A stretch of 32,071 nt of DNA from a virus (Duplodnaviria > Caudoviricetes). Location of the stretch: IMG/VR virus record IMGVR_UViG_3300009661_000071, positions 1 to 32,071 of that record; one strand, 5' to 3'. The translations under genes and the position numbers were made by a program. Shown piece by piece: positions 8,966 to 17,978 of this stretch. The notes beneath the pieces were generated by a model. It was not told the origin of the DNA and did not search any database. It worked only from the letters and a program-made list of their open reading frames with translations. Each line of letters opens with the position of its first letter. Position 1 is the first letter of the stretch.

Positions 8966-11259
8966 CCTGCGTTCATCTCCTGCCATTCGGCCAGTTGGCC
9001 GGGGGTAATGCCGTTCGGCGCGTTGATGTAGGTATCACCCCACGTTTTGCGGCTGTCGACGACGGTTTTGCTGTCGGATTTAACCTGGCTCATCAGCCCT
9101 TCGCGCGGGACGACCGAACCGACTTTGTTCCCGGATAATAGGTTTTCACCCCCGGCCAGCTTGGGCGGCCTGGCTCTGTCTGCGGTGGCCGCCACCAGCG
9201 CAGGGGCGGGCAGTTCTGTGGGAAGCGGGGCCGACATCAGCGACGGCGCACGGACTGCCGGGACATTCACCTGCGGCAGCGTTGACACTTGCGGCGGCAA
9301 ATTTACTGCGGCAGACGGGACGGCCACCGGCTGCGGTGGCAGGCTGATACCCGGTGAGGGGACGGCGACCACTTGTGCGGGTACCTTCGCGTTCGTTGCC
9401 GGTGTCTCGACGGTTTTCAGGTCGATATTGACGCCGGGGATTTTGTTTAGCTTTTCGACTATCCAGTTATAAGTCGATGCAAAGGTATTTTTAAGCACGT
9501 CAAACAGCTTGTTGAAGACGCTGCCGATGGCCTCGGAAAACCCTTCGAACGCGGCGACCGGGGACAGGCCGGTAAAGAATTGCACTACGGCGTCCCAGCC
9601 CTGGGCGATGGCATCCCACACGACGGCAAAGACCTGGCCGACTTTTTCGGCTGTCTCCATCACCCAGGCAAATGCGGCGGTTTCCATCACGGCGGCTTTC
9701 AGCTCATCCCAGTGCGTGACCACGTACCAGATACCCACGGCCAGCGCGGCCAGTGCGGCAATGATTAAGGTGATCGGGCTGGTCAAAATCTGCATCGCCA
9801 CCCCGGCGAACATCGTCGCGGCGCCGTAAATGCGCATAGCAATGGCCCCGGCTTTCAGGACGGCATTCCAGGCAAACAGGGCCACGCGGCAGACGCCCGT
9901 CCAGACCGCCAGTAATTTGGACTGGATCCACAGACCGGCCAGACCGATACGGGTAGTAATCAGGGAGGGGCGCAGTAAATTCAGCGTCCAGGTGAGCGCC
10001 TTCCAGGCGAGGCCCAGCACTTTGGCGATACCAGTCAGCCCCATCATGGTGAAGCCAAACACGCCCATCACGATGTTTGCAGCGGCGCCGACCAGGCCAA
10101 AGGACAACACGGCAAGCGTGATGTAACCCAGCCAGCGGGCGATGTTCGGGAACATATCCAGCCAGCGGGCAAACTTCGCGCCCACGTCGGCCACGCGGTT
10201 AATCAGCGGGGTGAGGATAGGGAGTAAGGTGTTACCAATGGCGACGCGAATCGCATAAAAAGACGCGGTGATCCGCTCCCAGGGTTTCGCCATTTTGGCG
10301 GCCATTTCTTCGGCCCGCTTCATGCCGTCATTGCGGCCCAGTGCGCTGATGCTCTTATTGAGAATGTTTTGCTGGCCGTACAGTTTTTTAATCACGTCGG
10401 CCCCGCCGCCGAACGCGGCGTCTAACGCCTGCTGGGCCTTGACGTTGCCTTCAATGCTCTGGCCGTATTTGTCTTGCAGCTTTTGCAGGATGTCGCCCAT
10501 TGGCAGCATCTTGCCGGTGGCGTCGACAAAGCTCATGCCCAGCTTTTCGGCAGCGGCGGGCGCACTGCGGAGGAACTGCTCATAAATACCGCTGGATTCG
10601 GTGCCCAGCGTGCGCGACAAGGTGCCCAGCACGGCGAACTGTTCGTCCATACTGACGCCAAAGTCAGCCCCGGCGTTTTTGGTGCCTTCGATAAGCTCCT
10701 GCATGGTCTGCATTTTTACGCCAAAGTTTTGCACCATGTAGGCGGTTTTCCCCGCCAGTTCTTCGGCAAAACGCACGTGTCCCAGGCTGGACAGGTCACT
10801 GTTAAAACGCGCGGCCATCGCGCTGATGTATTCCCCGGCTTCCTCGCCGCTGGCTTTAACCCCTGCGGCCAGCGTGTTGGCGGCCAGCGTCACGCGCGGC
10901 AAGTCCTGGTCAGCAAGCCCGGCCATTGCGCCTTTGATCGCATAGCTTGAATTGACCACGTCGACCGCGCTTTTGCCGTAGCGGATACTGAATTTCAGCG
11001 CCGAGCTGGACAGCTTATCGAGCGTGTCTTGTGCCACGCCTTTGGTACCAATCTCCGAAAGCGCCGCATTCATTTCATACGCCGGGCCGACAACGCCCTG
11101 GATAGACTGAGCGACCGCCCAGACGGCGGCGGCCCCGATACCGATTTTTTGAAATGACGCCTGCGATTTTTCGGCGAAGCCGGTCAGCGACGCCTGCGCG
11201 GTTTTTAACGGTCGCGTCAGTTTGTCGATTAGGCTCAATGTAAAATCTAAATGGCTCAT
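8962..11259 (-). CDS. Tail tape measure protein
   Basis: 765 aa, Ala-rich; N-terminal LDFTLSLIDKLTRPL; hydrophobic mid region with spaced Trp/Phe. Confidence 0.93.
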   Translation of the reverse strand: MSHLDFTLSLIDKLTRPLKTAQASLTGFAEKSQASFQKIGIGAAAVWAVAQSIQGVVGPAYEMNAALSEIGTKGVAQDTLDKLSSSALKFSIRYGKSAVDVVNSSYAIKGAMAGLADQDLPRVTLAANTLAAGVKASGEEAGEYISAMAARFNSDLSSLGHVRFAEELAGKTAYMVQNFGVKMQTMQELIEGTKNAGADFGVSMDEQFAVLGTLSRTLGTESSGIYEQFLRSAPAAAEKLGMSFVDATGKMLPMGDILQKLQDKYGQSIEGNVKAQQALDAAFGGGADVIKKLYGQQNILNKSISALGRNDGMKRAEEMAAKMAKPWERITASFYAIRVAIGNTLLPILTPLINRVADVGAKFARWLDMFPNIARWLGYITLAVLSFGLVGAAANIVMGVFGFTMMGLTGIAKVLGLAWKALTWTLNLLRPSLITTRIGLAGLWIQSKLLAVWTGVCRVALFAWNAVLKAGAIAMRIYGAATMFAGVAMQILTSPITLIIAALAALAVGIWYVVTHWDELKAAVMETAAFAWVMETAEKVGQVFAVVWDAIAQGWDAVVQFFTGLSPVAAFEGFSEAIGSVFNKLFDVLKNTFASTYNWIVEKLNKIPGVNIDLKTVETPATNAKVPAQVVAVPSPGISLPPQPVAVPSAAVNLPPQVSTLPQVNVPAVRAPSLMSAPLPTELPAPALVAATADRARPPKLAGGENLLSGNKVGSVVPREGLMSQVKSDSKTVVDSRKTWGDTYINAPNGITPGQLAEWQEMNAG

Positions 11260-11260
11260 C

Positions 11261-11458
11261 TCAATTTCCGTTTAAGGCTATCGCGATCCCCTCCGCCGTT
11301 TTATAGGCTTTGGTCTGCGCGAAATACTCGTCAAGCCACAACGCGCGGGCGAGACTTTCTTCGGTATCGTCTTCGTGGGGCAGGTAATAGCGGCGCAGCG
11401 TCAGGTACTGTTCCAGCGCATTGGCGCGGATGGCCGCTACCCGCGCCTTTAGTTTTTT
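11261..11458 (-). CDS. -1 frameshift extension of the tail assembly chaperone (G-T / E-E' analogue)
   Basis: Open -1 frame with no ATG: KKLKARVAAIRANALEQYLTLRRYYLPHEDDTEESLARALWLDEYFAQTKAYKTAEGIAIALNGN*; stops 1 bp before the tape-measure ATG. Confidence 0.8.
   Translation of the reverse strand, partial: KKLKARVAAIRANALEQYLTLRRYYLPHEDDTEESLARALWLDEYFAQTKAYKTAEGIAIALNGN
11423..11458 (-). promoter_or_regulatory. Programmed -1 frameshift signal (A AAA AAC plus 3' hairpin)
   Basis: X XXY YYZ heptamer at 11458-11452 immediately before the TAA; GGCGCGG...CCGCGCC stem (11447-11423) 4 nt downstream. Confidence 0.8.
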
Positions 11459-11724
11459 ATTTCAATCTCAACCTGCGGCGAGTAAATCGAATTCACCTTA
11501 TCGGCGATTTGCAGCTCAACGCCCGGATAGTCGTCAAGCAGCTGCGTGAGCGCGGCCTTTGAGTCCGGCGACACGATGCGGCCCAGATAGGTGACCATGG
11601 GCGCCATTTTGTTGGTCTGGGTGACTTCATTCATCAGGCCATTAAACGCGGTCTTGTTTGGCTCAAAGGTCAACTGGACACCGGCCACGGTCATGGTGAT
11701 GGTTTTATTTTTTGGGATGCTCAT
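11449..11724 (-). CDS. Tail assembly chaperone
   Basis: 91 aa, upstream of the tape measure gene; ends in the slippery sequence (EIKN*). Confidence 0.85.
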   Translation of the reverse strand: MSIPKNKTITMTVAGVQLTFEPNKTAFNGLMNEVTQTNKMAPMVTYLGRIVSPDSKAALTQLLDDYPGVELQIADKVNSIYSPQVEIEIKN

Positions 11725-12017
11725 TGTTCTAATTCCTTACGTTCTCGGATGATGCCCACCAGGGCGTTATGTCGTGCGGCGCAGTCGGTATACAGCTGAA
11801 AATACCGTGTCAGCGCCGCGTTAAAATCAGTGCCGGTTTTGCCCGCCAGTCGGGGCAGGTTGACCGGGCACAGGGTCAGCTGATTTTCCTGATAGGGTTC
11901 GCTCGGCGCGTTCAACGCCCTGGTTGAACACCCGGACAGACTCATCAGTAGCGCAGACGTTGCTAAACACCGGCTTAATAATTTCCGTGCGGATTTCCCG
12001 CTCGGTGTGGATTTCAT
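11721..12017 (-). CDS. Outer-membrane spanin (Rz1-like lipoprotein)
   Basis: Basic N-region, hydrophobic stretch and lipobox LSGC; CPVNLP and YTDCAARHNALV motifs; overlaps the i-spanin 3' half in another frame. Confidence 0.85.
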   Translation of the reverse strand: MKSTPSGKSARKLLSRCLATSALLMSLSGCSTRALNAPSEPYQENQLTLCPVNLPRLAGKTGTDFNAALTRYFQLYTDCAARHNALVGIIRERKELEQ

Positions 12018-12210
12018 TGGCTTTTAGCTCCGCTAATTTGGCTTCCAGTACCTGCCCGGATTGCCGGGTCGCTTCGGTGACAATCACGCGGGTTTTCTCC
12101 GCCGACTGACTGGCCGCCAGCTCTAACTTTGCGTTGTGCCAGCCGTGGGCAATCCAGCCGATATAAAACACGGCGGCGAAAACGAGCATTTGCCCCCACA
12201 GCGCACGCAC
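11827..12210 (-). CDS. Inner-membrane spanin (Rz-like)
   Basis: N-terminal TM segment, coiled-coil, C-terminal Cys; follows the endolysin gene. Confidence 0.82.
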   Translation of the reverse strand: MRALWGQMLVFAAVFYIGWIAHGWHNAKLELAASQSAEKTRVIVTEATRQSGQVLEAKLAELKANEIHTEREIRTEIIKPVFSNVCATDESVRVFNQGVERAERTLSGKSADPVPGQPAPTGGQNRH

Positions 12211-12551
12211 TAGCGCACCCCGTTATGTTCAAGGCTGAAATGGTTGCCGTCCGGGTTTGACCTGAAGCGACCGCCCCAGCTCCCGCCCAGGCTTTCCCAA
12301 TACTCGCCCAGCGGCGAGAATGCGCGGCTGTCGGTCTGCCAGACGTCGCCGATAAACAGATTAAAATCCACGGCCAGACGCAGGGTGTGCAGGCTGTTGG
12401 CGATACCGGCGCCGCTTTTGGCGTTCAGCTTTGCCTGTTCCGGCGTGCGGTAGGCTTCGCCGAACGTCAGGGCGTAGCCGTTGGCATCGGCCCAGGCGAT
12501 CAACTTGCCCACCATGCGGGTGAACTGCTGTTGTTTTTGGCTCAGTGTCAT
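12210..12551 (-). CDS. Endolysin, M15 family zinc peptidase
   Basis: GEAYRTPEQA, SLHTLRLAVD (SxH...AxD), WGG and DGNHFS motifs. Confidence 0.9.
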   Translation of the reverse strand: MTLSQKQQQFTRMVGKLIAWADANGYALTFGEAYRTPEQAKLNAKSGAGIANSLHTLRLAVDFNLFIGDVWQTDSRAFSPLGEYWESLGGSWGGRFRSNPDGNHFSLEHNGVR

Positions 12552-12850
12552 GGGTTCTCGCCCCTCTTTTTAGCCAGCCGGTGGTCTAGCCAGCGTTTGA
12601 AATACTCTTCGATGATCGCGCTGCCCAAAATCCCCAGACCGCACGCGATGCCGATCACCGCCAGTTCAGGCATGTTTTCAAATTGCAGCAGTGCAATCCC
12701 GGCGATCGGTGCGACCGCCGACCCTAAAATTATCCGGCCCAGCAAGGTGCGCACCGTAATGCGCTCATTGCTGACCATGAGTTGCCCCAGACCAATGACC
12801 GCGCCAATTAACAGCAGCTTGGTCAGGAGTGAGGTTTCACCGTTTGGCAT
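12548..12850 (-). CDS. Holin
   Basis: 100 aa with three hydrophobic segments and a basic C-terminus; directly upstream of the endolysin gene. Confidence 0.88.
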   Translation of the reverse strand: MPNGETSLLTKLLLIGAVIGLGQLMVSNERITVRTLLGRIILGSAVAPIAGIALLQFENMPELAVIGIACGLGILGSAIIEEYFKRWLDHRLAKKRGENP

Positions 12851-12854
12851 TGCG

Positions 12855-13310
12855 TTATCCTTTCAAGTCGCGCGTGTCGCGGGCTGACAGATAAGGCACG
12901 CCGTCGATCGCGACAAAGTCCGGGCTGGTGACCATGAATTTGATTTTCTTCGTGGTCTTGCTGGCCTCAGACGGGGCGATGTTGACCAGGTCGGACAGCG
13001 TAGGGACGCAGCCAAACACCTCGATTTTTTCCTCTTCGTCGCCCGCGTTGGCGTAGAACAAGAAGTCTTTTTCCGCGATGTCACGCCACGAGCCCGCCGC
13101 ACGTGCCACGGCGGTGAATTTCTTGAAGTTCAGGGAGTCGACTTCGATTTCGACGTCTGCCGTGACTGAACCTTTGACGTGGCCGTTGGGTACGCCGCGC
13201 GTTTGCACGGCGGTGCTGTTGTCGGTGATGGTCACCGTAGCGTTTTCGACGTGGATCATGACGCTGTCATAGTTCACGTCGAACGAACCGCCGCTAATGC
13301 GTTCTGTCAT
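12855..13310 (-). CDS. Tail tube protein (HP1-type, DUF2597-like)
   Basis: RISGGSFD...TRGVPNG...VTSPDFVAIDGVPYL; follows the sheath gene. Confidence 0.85.
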   Translation of the reverse strand: MTERISGGSFDVNYDSVMIHVENATVTITDNSTAVQTRGVPNGHVKGSVTADVEIEVDSLNFKKFTAVARAAGSWRDIAEKDFLFYANAGDEEEKIEVFGCVPTLSDLVNIAPSEASKTTKKIKFMVTSPDFVAIDGVPYLSARDTRDLKG

Positions 13311-13313
13311 GGG

Positions 13314-14456
13314 TTAGCTCTCCAGTGAGGTGTCGAGTTCGATACTCACGCCGATTTCTTTCGCGCTTTCGTACGGTCGCACCACGATAAAAATTTGCAC
13401 CTTGACGCTACTCGACCAGGTGATGCTGATGTCTCCGTCTTTCGGCGGTTTGACTTCGCCCGGAAACTCCACCCCGTTGATTTGGGTGGTGATCGCCATA
13501 TCGCGCAGCGGCTTGCCAAAGTACGTCACGTGGGCGGCGATGCTGCCCGGCGTGCTGTTGAGCGAACGGTCGGCGATTTTCGGGATAGCCCGCAAACGCA
13601 CCTTGCGAGACGTTTTATCGACGATGCGCACGTTTTCAATGGTCTGGTAGTCGCCGCCTTCCACGTCCAGCGTGCGACCGTCCGACCAGTAAATGCCGTC
13701 GAAATCGTGGTACCACATCGGCACGCTGAACCGGTTGGCTTCCAGCGCTTGCAGCACGGCCAAATCAATCTCTACGCCGGTGCCGTCTTTGGGCAGGCTG
13801 TCGCTGCCGAGCGCGGTCACCGCACCCGTCGCCACGCGGGCGGGGCTGTCGGCGATGGTCACCGAATGGTTGCACAGGCGACCAGCAAGAACGCCGGGTT
13901 CACTCCCCCACAAGCGCGGTACCAGCTGGACACCGGGAGAGGCGATCCCTTCTTGCAGCAAGGCCATGCGGGTGAGGTAGTCGGCCCACGTTTCAGCAGA
14001 CTGCGGCCCGCCCACGGACAGCGCGAACCACACGAAACGCCCGTATTTGGCTTGCAGGGTGGATCGCATTTCCGTAGCCCGGTTGATGGTGGCCGGTGTT
14101 TCGGTATCGAATGCCAGGACAACGCCTTCGACCGATGCCACGTTCTGCCCGGCCTGAATGGCGGCCATCCAGTCGGCATCCGGCGTGTAGTCTTCTGCCT
14201 CGGTATCGGGTGCCGCCAGTACGTGAACGAAGGCGAACCAGTTTTGACCGGCGTTGTTCGCAGCGGCGGCAACCAGGGATTTCAGCAGGCTGGCGTTATC
14301 GCCCAGGGCTTTATCCAGATCGCTGCCGGTGTTTAACGCCTGGGTTTTCCCGACGTTGGTTGTGCCGTAGCCGACATACAGGACGACGCGCTCGACGTCG
14401 GTCGTGGTGCCGTTGAAGCGGTTAATCTGACTGACGTTGACATTAGGCCAGGTCAT
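13314..14456 (-). CDS. Tail sheath protein (HP1-type, DUF2586-like)
   Basis: MTWPNVNV, AGQNW, GVLAGRLC, ADSPARVATG, FPGEVKPP motifs. Confidence 0.88.
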   Translation of the reverse strand: MTWPNVNVSQINRFNGTTTDVERVVLYVGYGTTNVGKTQALNTGSDLDKALGDNASLLKSLVAAAANNAGQNWFAFVHVLAAPDTEAEDYTPDADWMAAIQAGQNVASVEGVVLAFDTETPATINRATEMRSTLQAKYGRFVWFALSVGGPQSAETWADYLTRMALLQEGIASPGVQLVPRLWGSEPGVLAGRLCNHSVTIADSPARVATGAVTALGSDSLPKDGTGVEIDLAVLQALEANRFSVPMWYHDFDGIYWSDGRTLDVEGGDYQTIENVRIVDKTSRKVRLRAIPKIADRSLNSTPGSIAAHVTYFGKPLRDMAITTQINGVEFPGEVKPPKDGDISITWSSSVKVQIFIVVRPYESAKEIGVSIELDTSLES

Positions 14457-14461
14457 GATGG

Positions 14462-15157
14462 TTACTCCGTGATGTCCTGCGCGTTGACGTCCCAGCCGAA
14501 GCCGATCGCCTGCAATTGCCGCGCAAGTATTTTGTTGAATTCATCGTTGCTTACGCCTAAAAACACGCGGCCAGGTAAATCAATCGTCCAGGTGCGTTTT
14601 GACGGTGTGCCCCGTAATTTTTTAATCAGCAGCCCCGCCTGGGCCATGCTCATGGTTTCCATGATTTTCTTGCTGGATGGCTTCACCCAGCGTTTTCCCT
14701 GGCGAACTTTGTAGCCCAGCGCGCGCAGCTTTTTAGCCTGTCGCGGCAGCGCGGGCCGGTTGGCCTGCGGTTTTCGCGGGGCCTTATCGGCGCTCATGGT
14801 GGTACGGGTGCCGTTTTGCTGCGCCGCACCGACCACGCCCGCCGCAATGGGCTTCGTCCCGTTGCGGTAATTCCCGCCCTTGAGGTAAATCCTGACGCCC
14901 TGAATTTCGGGCATTTCACGCACGGCCAGCAGTTTAGGCAGGCCGCGCAGCATCTTGCCCTTGCCGCGTTTTCGCGGTGACCAGGGCGTACCGTCCGGGT
15001 TCGCCTGATTCCGCTGGTTGCGTTTGGCCGCCACGATGATGCCGAGTTTGGCGATACGCCATAAAAGGCGCTGGCGTTTCTTCGGCGGTAAATCAGCGGC
15101 GGCCAGTGCCGCACGCAGGTTTTGCAGCTGACGTTTATTCAGTTCACCGCGGATCAC
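14462..15157 (-). CDS. Virion morphogenesis / tail completion protein (gpS-like)
   Basis: Very basic; NQANPDGTPWSPRK and LPGRVFLG motifs. Confidence 0.85.
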   Translation of the reverse strand: MIRGELNKRQLQNLRAALAAADLPPKKRQRLLWRIAKLGIIVAAKRNQRNQANPDGTPWSPRKRGKGKMLRGLPKLLAVREMPEIQGVRIYLKGGNYRNGTKPIAAGVVGAAQQNGTRTTMSADKAPRKPQANRPALPRQAKKLRALGYKVRQGKRWVKPSSKKIMETMSMAQAGLLIKKLRGTPSKRTWTIDLPGRVFLGVSNDEFNKILARQLQAIGFGWDVNAQDITE

Positions 15158-15630
15158 GATTCACCCGCGTGCTGCGTCACTATCTCGGCCTCTGTCGCTG
15201 TCCAGACTTCGGCGCCGACCAGCTCCCAGCGCTCACCCTTGAACGGTATCGCTCCGGTGTTGCTGGGTTTGATGATGATCGGGTCAGCCAGGGCGACCAC
15301 GATGTCCAAAATGCACGAACCTTCATCGTCAAACTCAGGGTCGACCGTGGGGTCGGGAAGATTTAACTGTCCGTGCAGTTCGTTGGCGTACTCATCAATC
15401 CACGCCAACACCAGGGCATACACCACGCCGGGCGAAAAACGCCGGTAAGGGAAGTTGTCCCAGGATAAATGCGCGTTGTATCGCAATATCCCGATGCGCC
15501 TTTGCCCCAGTCCCAGCGCTTTGGCGTTGCGGCTGATCTCGCAATCGTCCATCGCGCTTTCAAACATCTGCATGGCTTCCGGGGGCAGGTTCGCGGTAAT
15601 GAATGCGGTCAGGCTCTCCAACTGGCTCAT
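15154..15630 (-). CDS. Tail completion protein (gpR-like)
   Basis: 158 aa between the gpL- and gpS-like genes; ATGA overlaps with both neighbours. Confidence 0.75.
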   Translation of the reverse strand: MSQLESLTAFITANLPPEAMQMFESAMDDCEISRNAKALGLGQRRIGILRYNAHLSWDNFPYRRFSPGVVYALVLAWIDEYANELHGQLNLPDPTVDPEFDDEGSCILDIVVALADPIIIKPSNTGAIPFKGERWELVGAEVWTATEAEIVTQHAGES

Positions 15631-16100
15631 ATCAGATGCACCCCGACGCGCGGCAGCTGCAACATGTTGCGCATGACGTAAGCCGCCTCGGCCAGCAGGT
15701 TGGCGCGGGTGTCGGTGCTTTCCTGTCCCGGATGCGATTCACGGCGCCCGATGGTGGCGAACTCCCCCAGCAAATCAGCTTTCGCCCTGGCATAGACGGC
15801 CTTTTTGTACTGCGCCGTCAGCTGATTTTCATCGCCCAGCGTTGCACCGGGCACGTCCTTAGCTTTCGTGTTTCCCTTGCCTGTCCAGTAGGTGACCACG
15901 TCGCCCAGCGTGTCGTTGACCTCAGCAATGGCGGCCAGTACTGCCACGCCTGCAATCTCTGGCGGCAGGTCGGCGGGCAGGGTGCGCGATTTCTGAAACT
16001 CGGCGAGGTTCAAATCGGGCCAGAAGGCCACGCCGTTGGTGATCGTGTCGTTCTGATACGTCACCGGCGTGCCGCTGATGCTGAAACTTGGGGCGCTCAT
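15627..16100 (-). CDS. Head completion/stabilisation protein (gpL-like)
   Basis: NGVAFWPDL, YKKAVYARAKADL motifs; start re-assigned to the ATG at 16100 (SD GAGG). Confidence 0.88.
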   Translation of the reverse strand: MSAPSFSISGTPVTYQNDTITNGVAFWPDLNLAEFQKSRTLPADLPPEIAGVAVLAAIAEVNDTLGDVVTYWTGKGNTKAKDVPGATLGDENQLTAQYKKAVYARAKADLLGEFATIGRRESHPGQESTDTRANLLAEAAYVMRNMLQLPRVGVHLI

Positions 16101-16205
16101 CGGGTACACCTCTAAAAATGTGAGAAGCGGGCTAACGGTTTCCACGGCCAAAAAGCTTTACGGGCTTTATGCCTCCACCGCGCCCGCCCCGGCTAGCGGT
16201 AGTCG

Positions 16206-16910
16206 TTACTGCGCGACCAGGCTGTTAATGCGGGCCTGAATTTTTTCGCGCATGGTTTTTACACCGGCGTTTCGGTTGTACTTTTCCGCCTGGGCGAGCA
16301 GGGCGTCGGCCTGTTCCAGCGTGTCGACGTCCTCCACGGCGGTGGCTCGCGGCTTGCCGTTCTCGTCGCGCAGCATGTACAGCCCGGCGAACTTGAACCA
16401 TTTGGCGTTGATGTCTTCATGCAACCGCCACTTGTCGCGGATGTTGTTAAACGTCCGGGTGAAGTAGGGTTCCAGGCTGTGACCGGCTTCCGCCTCGGTG
16501 ATGGCCCATTCCATGACGGTATCGGCCACGAACGCCGGTAAGGTGCTTTTGAAGTTTTCAGGCATGGCCTGACCTTCGGCGATGGCCGCGTCTGCCCAGT
16601 CGAGCGCCTTTTCCATTTCCCCGGTGTCAAACAGCCAGATCACGCAGTACACCAGGGCCGGATTTGCATAACTCTTATCACCGGCGAGGTAGGCTTCTAC
16701 GGTCGGCAACCAACGCGGCAGCAGGTGATCGCGCTTGAACTCGACGCGGTCTTCGGTGCGCGGCAGGCTGCGCAGCTGCGTGACGTCGCTTTGCAGTTCC
16801 AGCTTTTGCAGGTGGAAACTGACCGGAGAGGCGGTGAGCGCTTCGCGGTTGTCCAGCGCTTTGGCGGCCTTAACCTGGGCTCGGTGGCGTTGACACGGGG
16901 ACATGGCCAT
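16206..16910 (-). CDS. Terminase small/endonuclease subunit (gpM-like)
   Basis: MSPCQRHR start, IWLFDTG, AKWFKFAG, NAGVKT motifs; follows the capsid gene. Confidence 0.9.
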   Translation of the reverse strand: MAMSPCQRHRAQVKAAKALDNREALTASPVSFHLQKLELQSDVTQLRSLPRTEDRVEFKRDHLLPRWLPTVEAYLAGDKSYANPALVYCVIWLFDTGEMEKALDWADAAIAEGQAMPENFKSTLPAFVADTVMEWAITEAEAGHSLEPYFTRTFNNIRDKWRLHEDINAKWFKFAGLYMLRDENGKPRATAVEDVDTLEQADALLAQAEKYNRNAGVKTMREKIQARINSLVAQ

Positions 16911-16912
16911 AT

Positions 16913-17950
16913 TTATTCGCCTTCGTTTGGTTTGTTGGTAGCCGCTGGTTCGGTTGTGCCAGTCGCTAACGTCAGTTTGTCGTAAGCGGCATACAGTTCA
17001 TCGTGCTCAACCGCATAACCTTCCATGCGCAGATAGCTGTTTTCAAAGCGCTTGCGGTCATCGTTCCACTCGGCTTTACGCTTACGGGTACCTGCTTGTG
17101 TGTAGATATGCAGGTTGTCCAGGGTAGTGACGGCTAAACGACCTTCCGGCATAAACGGTGGCGTATAGGCAACGCGGCCAGCAATCTGACGGTTGATTAA
17201 TTGCGCGGCCACTTTCTCGGTCGGGCGATCAACCATGTTCATCATGGTGGTGGCGTCAGCGCCGATAAGGTCAGCAGATACCAGAACAACCAGACGCGGA
17301 TCATTGCGGTAAGGCTCATAAATACTGGTATGCACTAAGTCTGTGACCGCTGCGTCGAGGCCCATAAAATCAGCGTTCGGGCCACCAATGGTGATGTCAC
17401 CGGTGATGATTTGCGCGGGTGCTCGGTCTTTTACAAGTTGGTGCCAACCGACGTTGACGTCCTCACCGTTAGGATTTTTATCGGGGTCGGTATCGTCAGC
17501 GGCGCTGATACCGTTGAAGGCGACGCGCAACATGTCGAGCGCAAAGGATTCATTACTGAACGCCTGAATGCGCTGGAAGAACTCGTCTTCGCTGCCGGAA
17601 TTGGCCCAGATAACCAGCAGGGAATAAGGCAGGTATGAGCCTGAATCTGTTTCAACCAGCTTGTAATCGTTGCCATCAACGCCCATCGGGCGTGTGAAGC
17701 GGCCATCTTTTTTACGACCGGTATAAATGCCGGGTTTACCGGTGCTGACAACCTGGCCGTTGACCTGGTCGACGTCCATCACGTTGACCAGGCGTAAGAA
17801 TTCCGACTGTTGCAACAGTGCGTCACGAAGCTGGGTTTCCTTCGGTGGCGTCAGGGAAAAATAACGGGAGGTGCTGTGTTGGCCGTTAGCTTTTGCCAGC
17901 CCTGCGGCGTACTTATGAAGCATCGCCTCGGCTTTGGGGGTTAAACGCAT
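16913..17950 (-). CDS. Major capsid protein, P2 family (gpN-like)
   Basis: ALDMLRVAFNG, NPNGEDVNVGW, TTLDNLHIYTQ motifs. Confidence 0.95.
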   Translation of the reverse strand: MRLTPKAEAMLHKYAAGLAKANGQHSTSRYFSLTPPKETQLRDALLQQSEFLRLVNVMDVDQVNGQVVSTGKPGIYTGRKKDGRFTRPMGVDGNDYKLVETDSGSYLPYSLLVIWANSGSEDEFFQRIQAFSNESFALDMLRVAFNGISAADDTDPDKNPNGEDVNVGWHQLVKDRAPAQIITGDITIGGPNADFMGLDAAVTDLVHTSIYEPYRNDPRLVVLVSADLIGADATTMMNMVDRPTEKVAAQLINRQIAGRVAYTPPFMPEGRLAVTTLDNLHIYTQAGTRKRKAEWNDDRKRFENSYLRMEGYAVEHDELYAAYDKLTLATGTTEPAATNKPNEGE

Positions 17951-17978
17951 AATTTATATTTCCTAAAAAACGAGCGAA

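Noticed and set aside
13395-14336. 313-aa + strand ORF
   Set aside because: Antisense shadow of the GC-rich tail sheath gene
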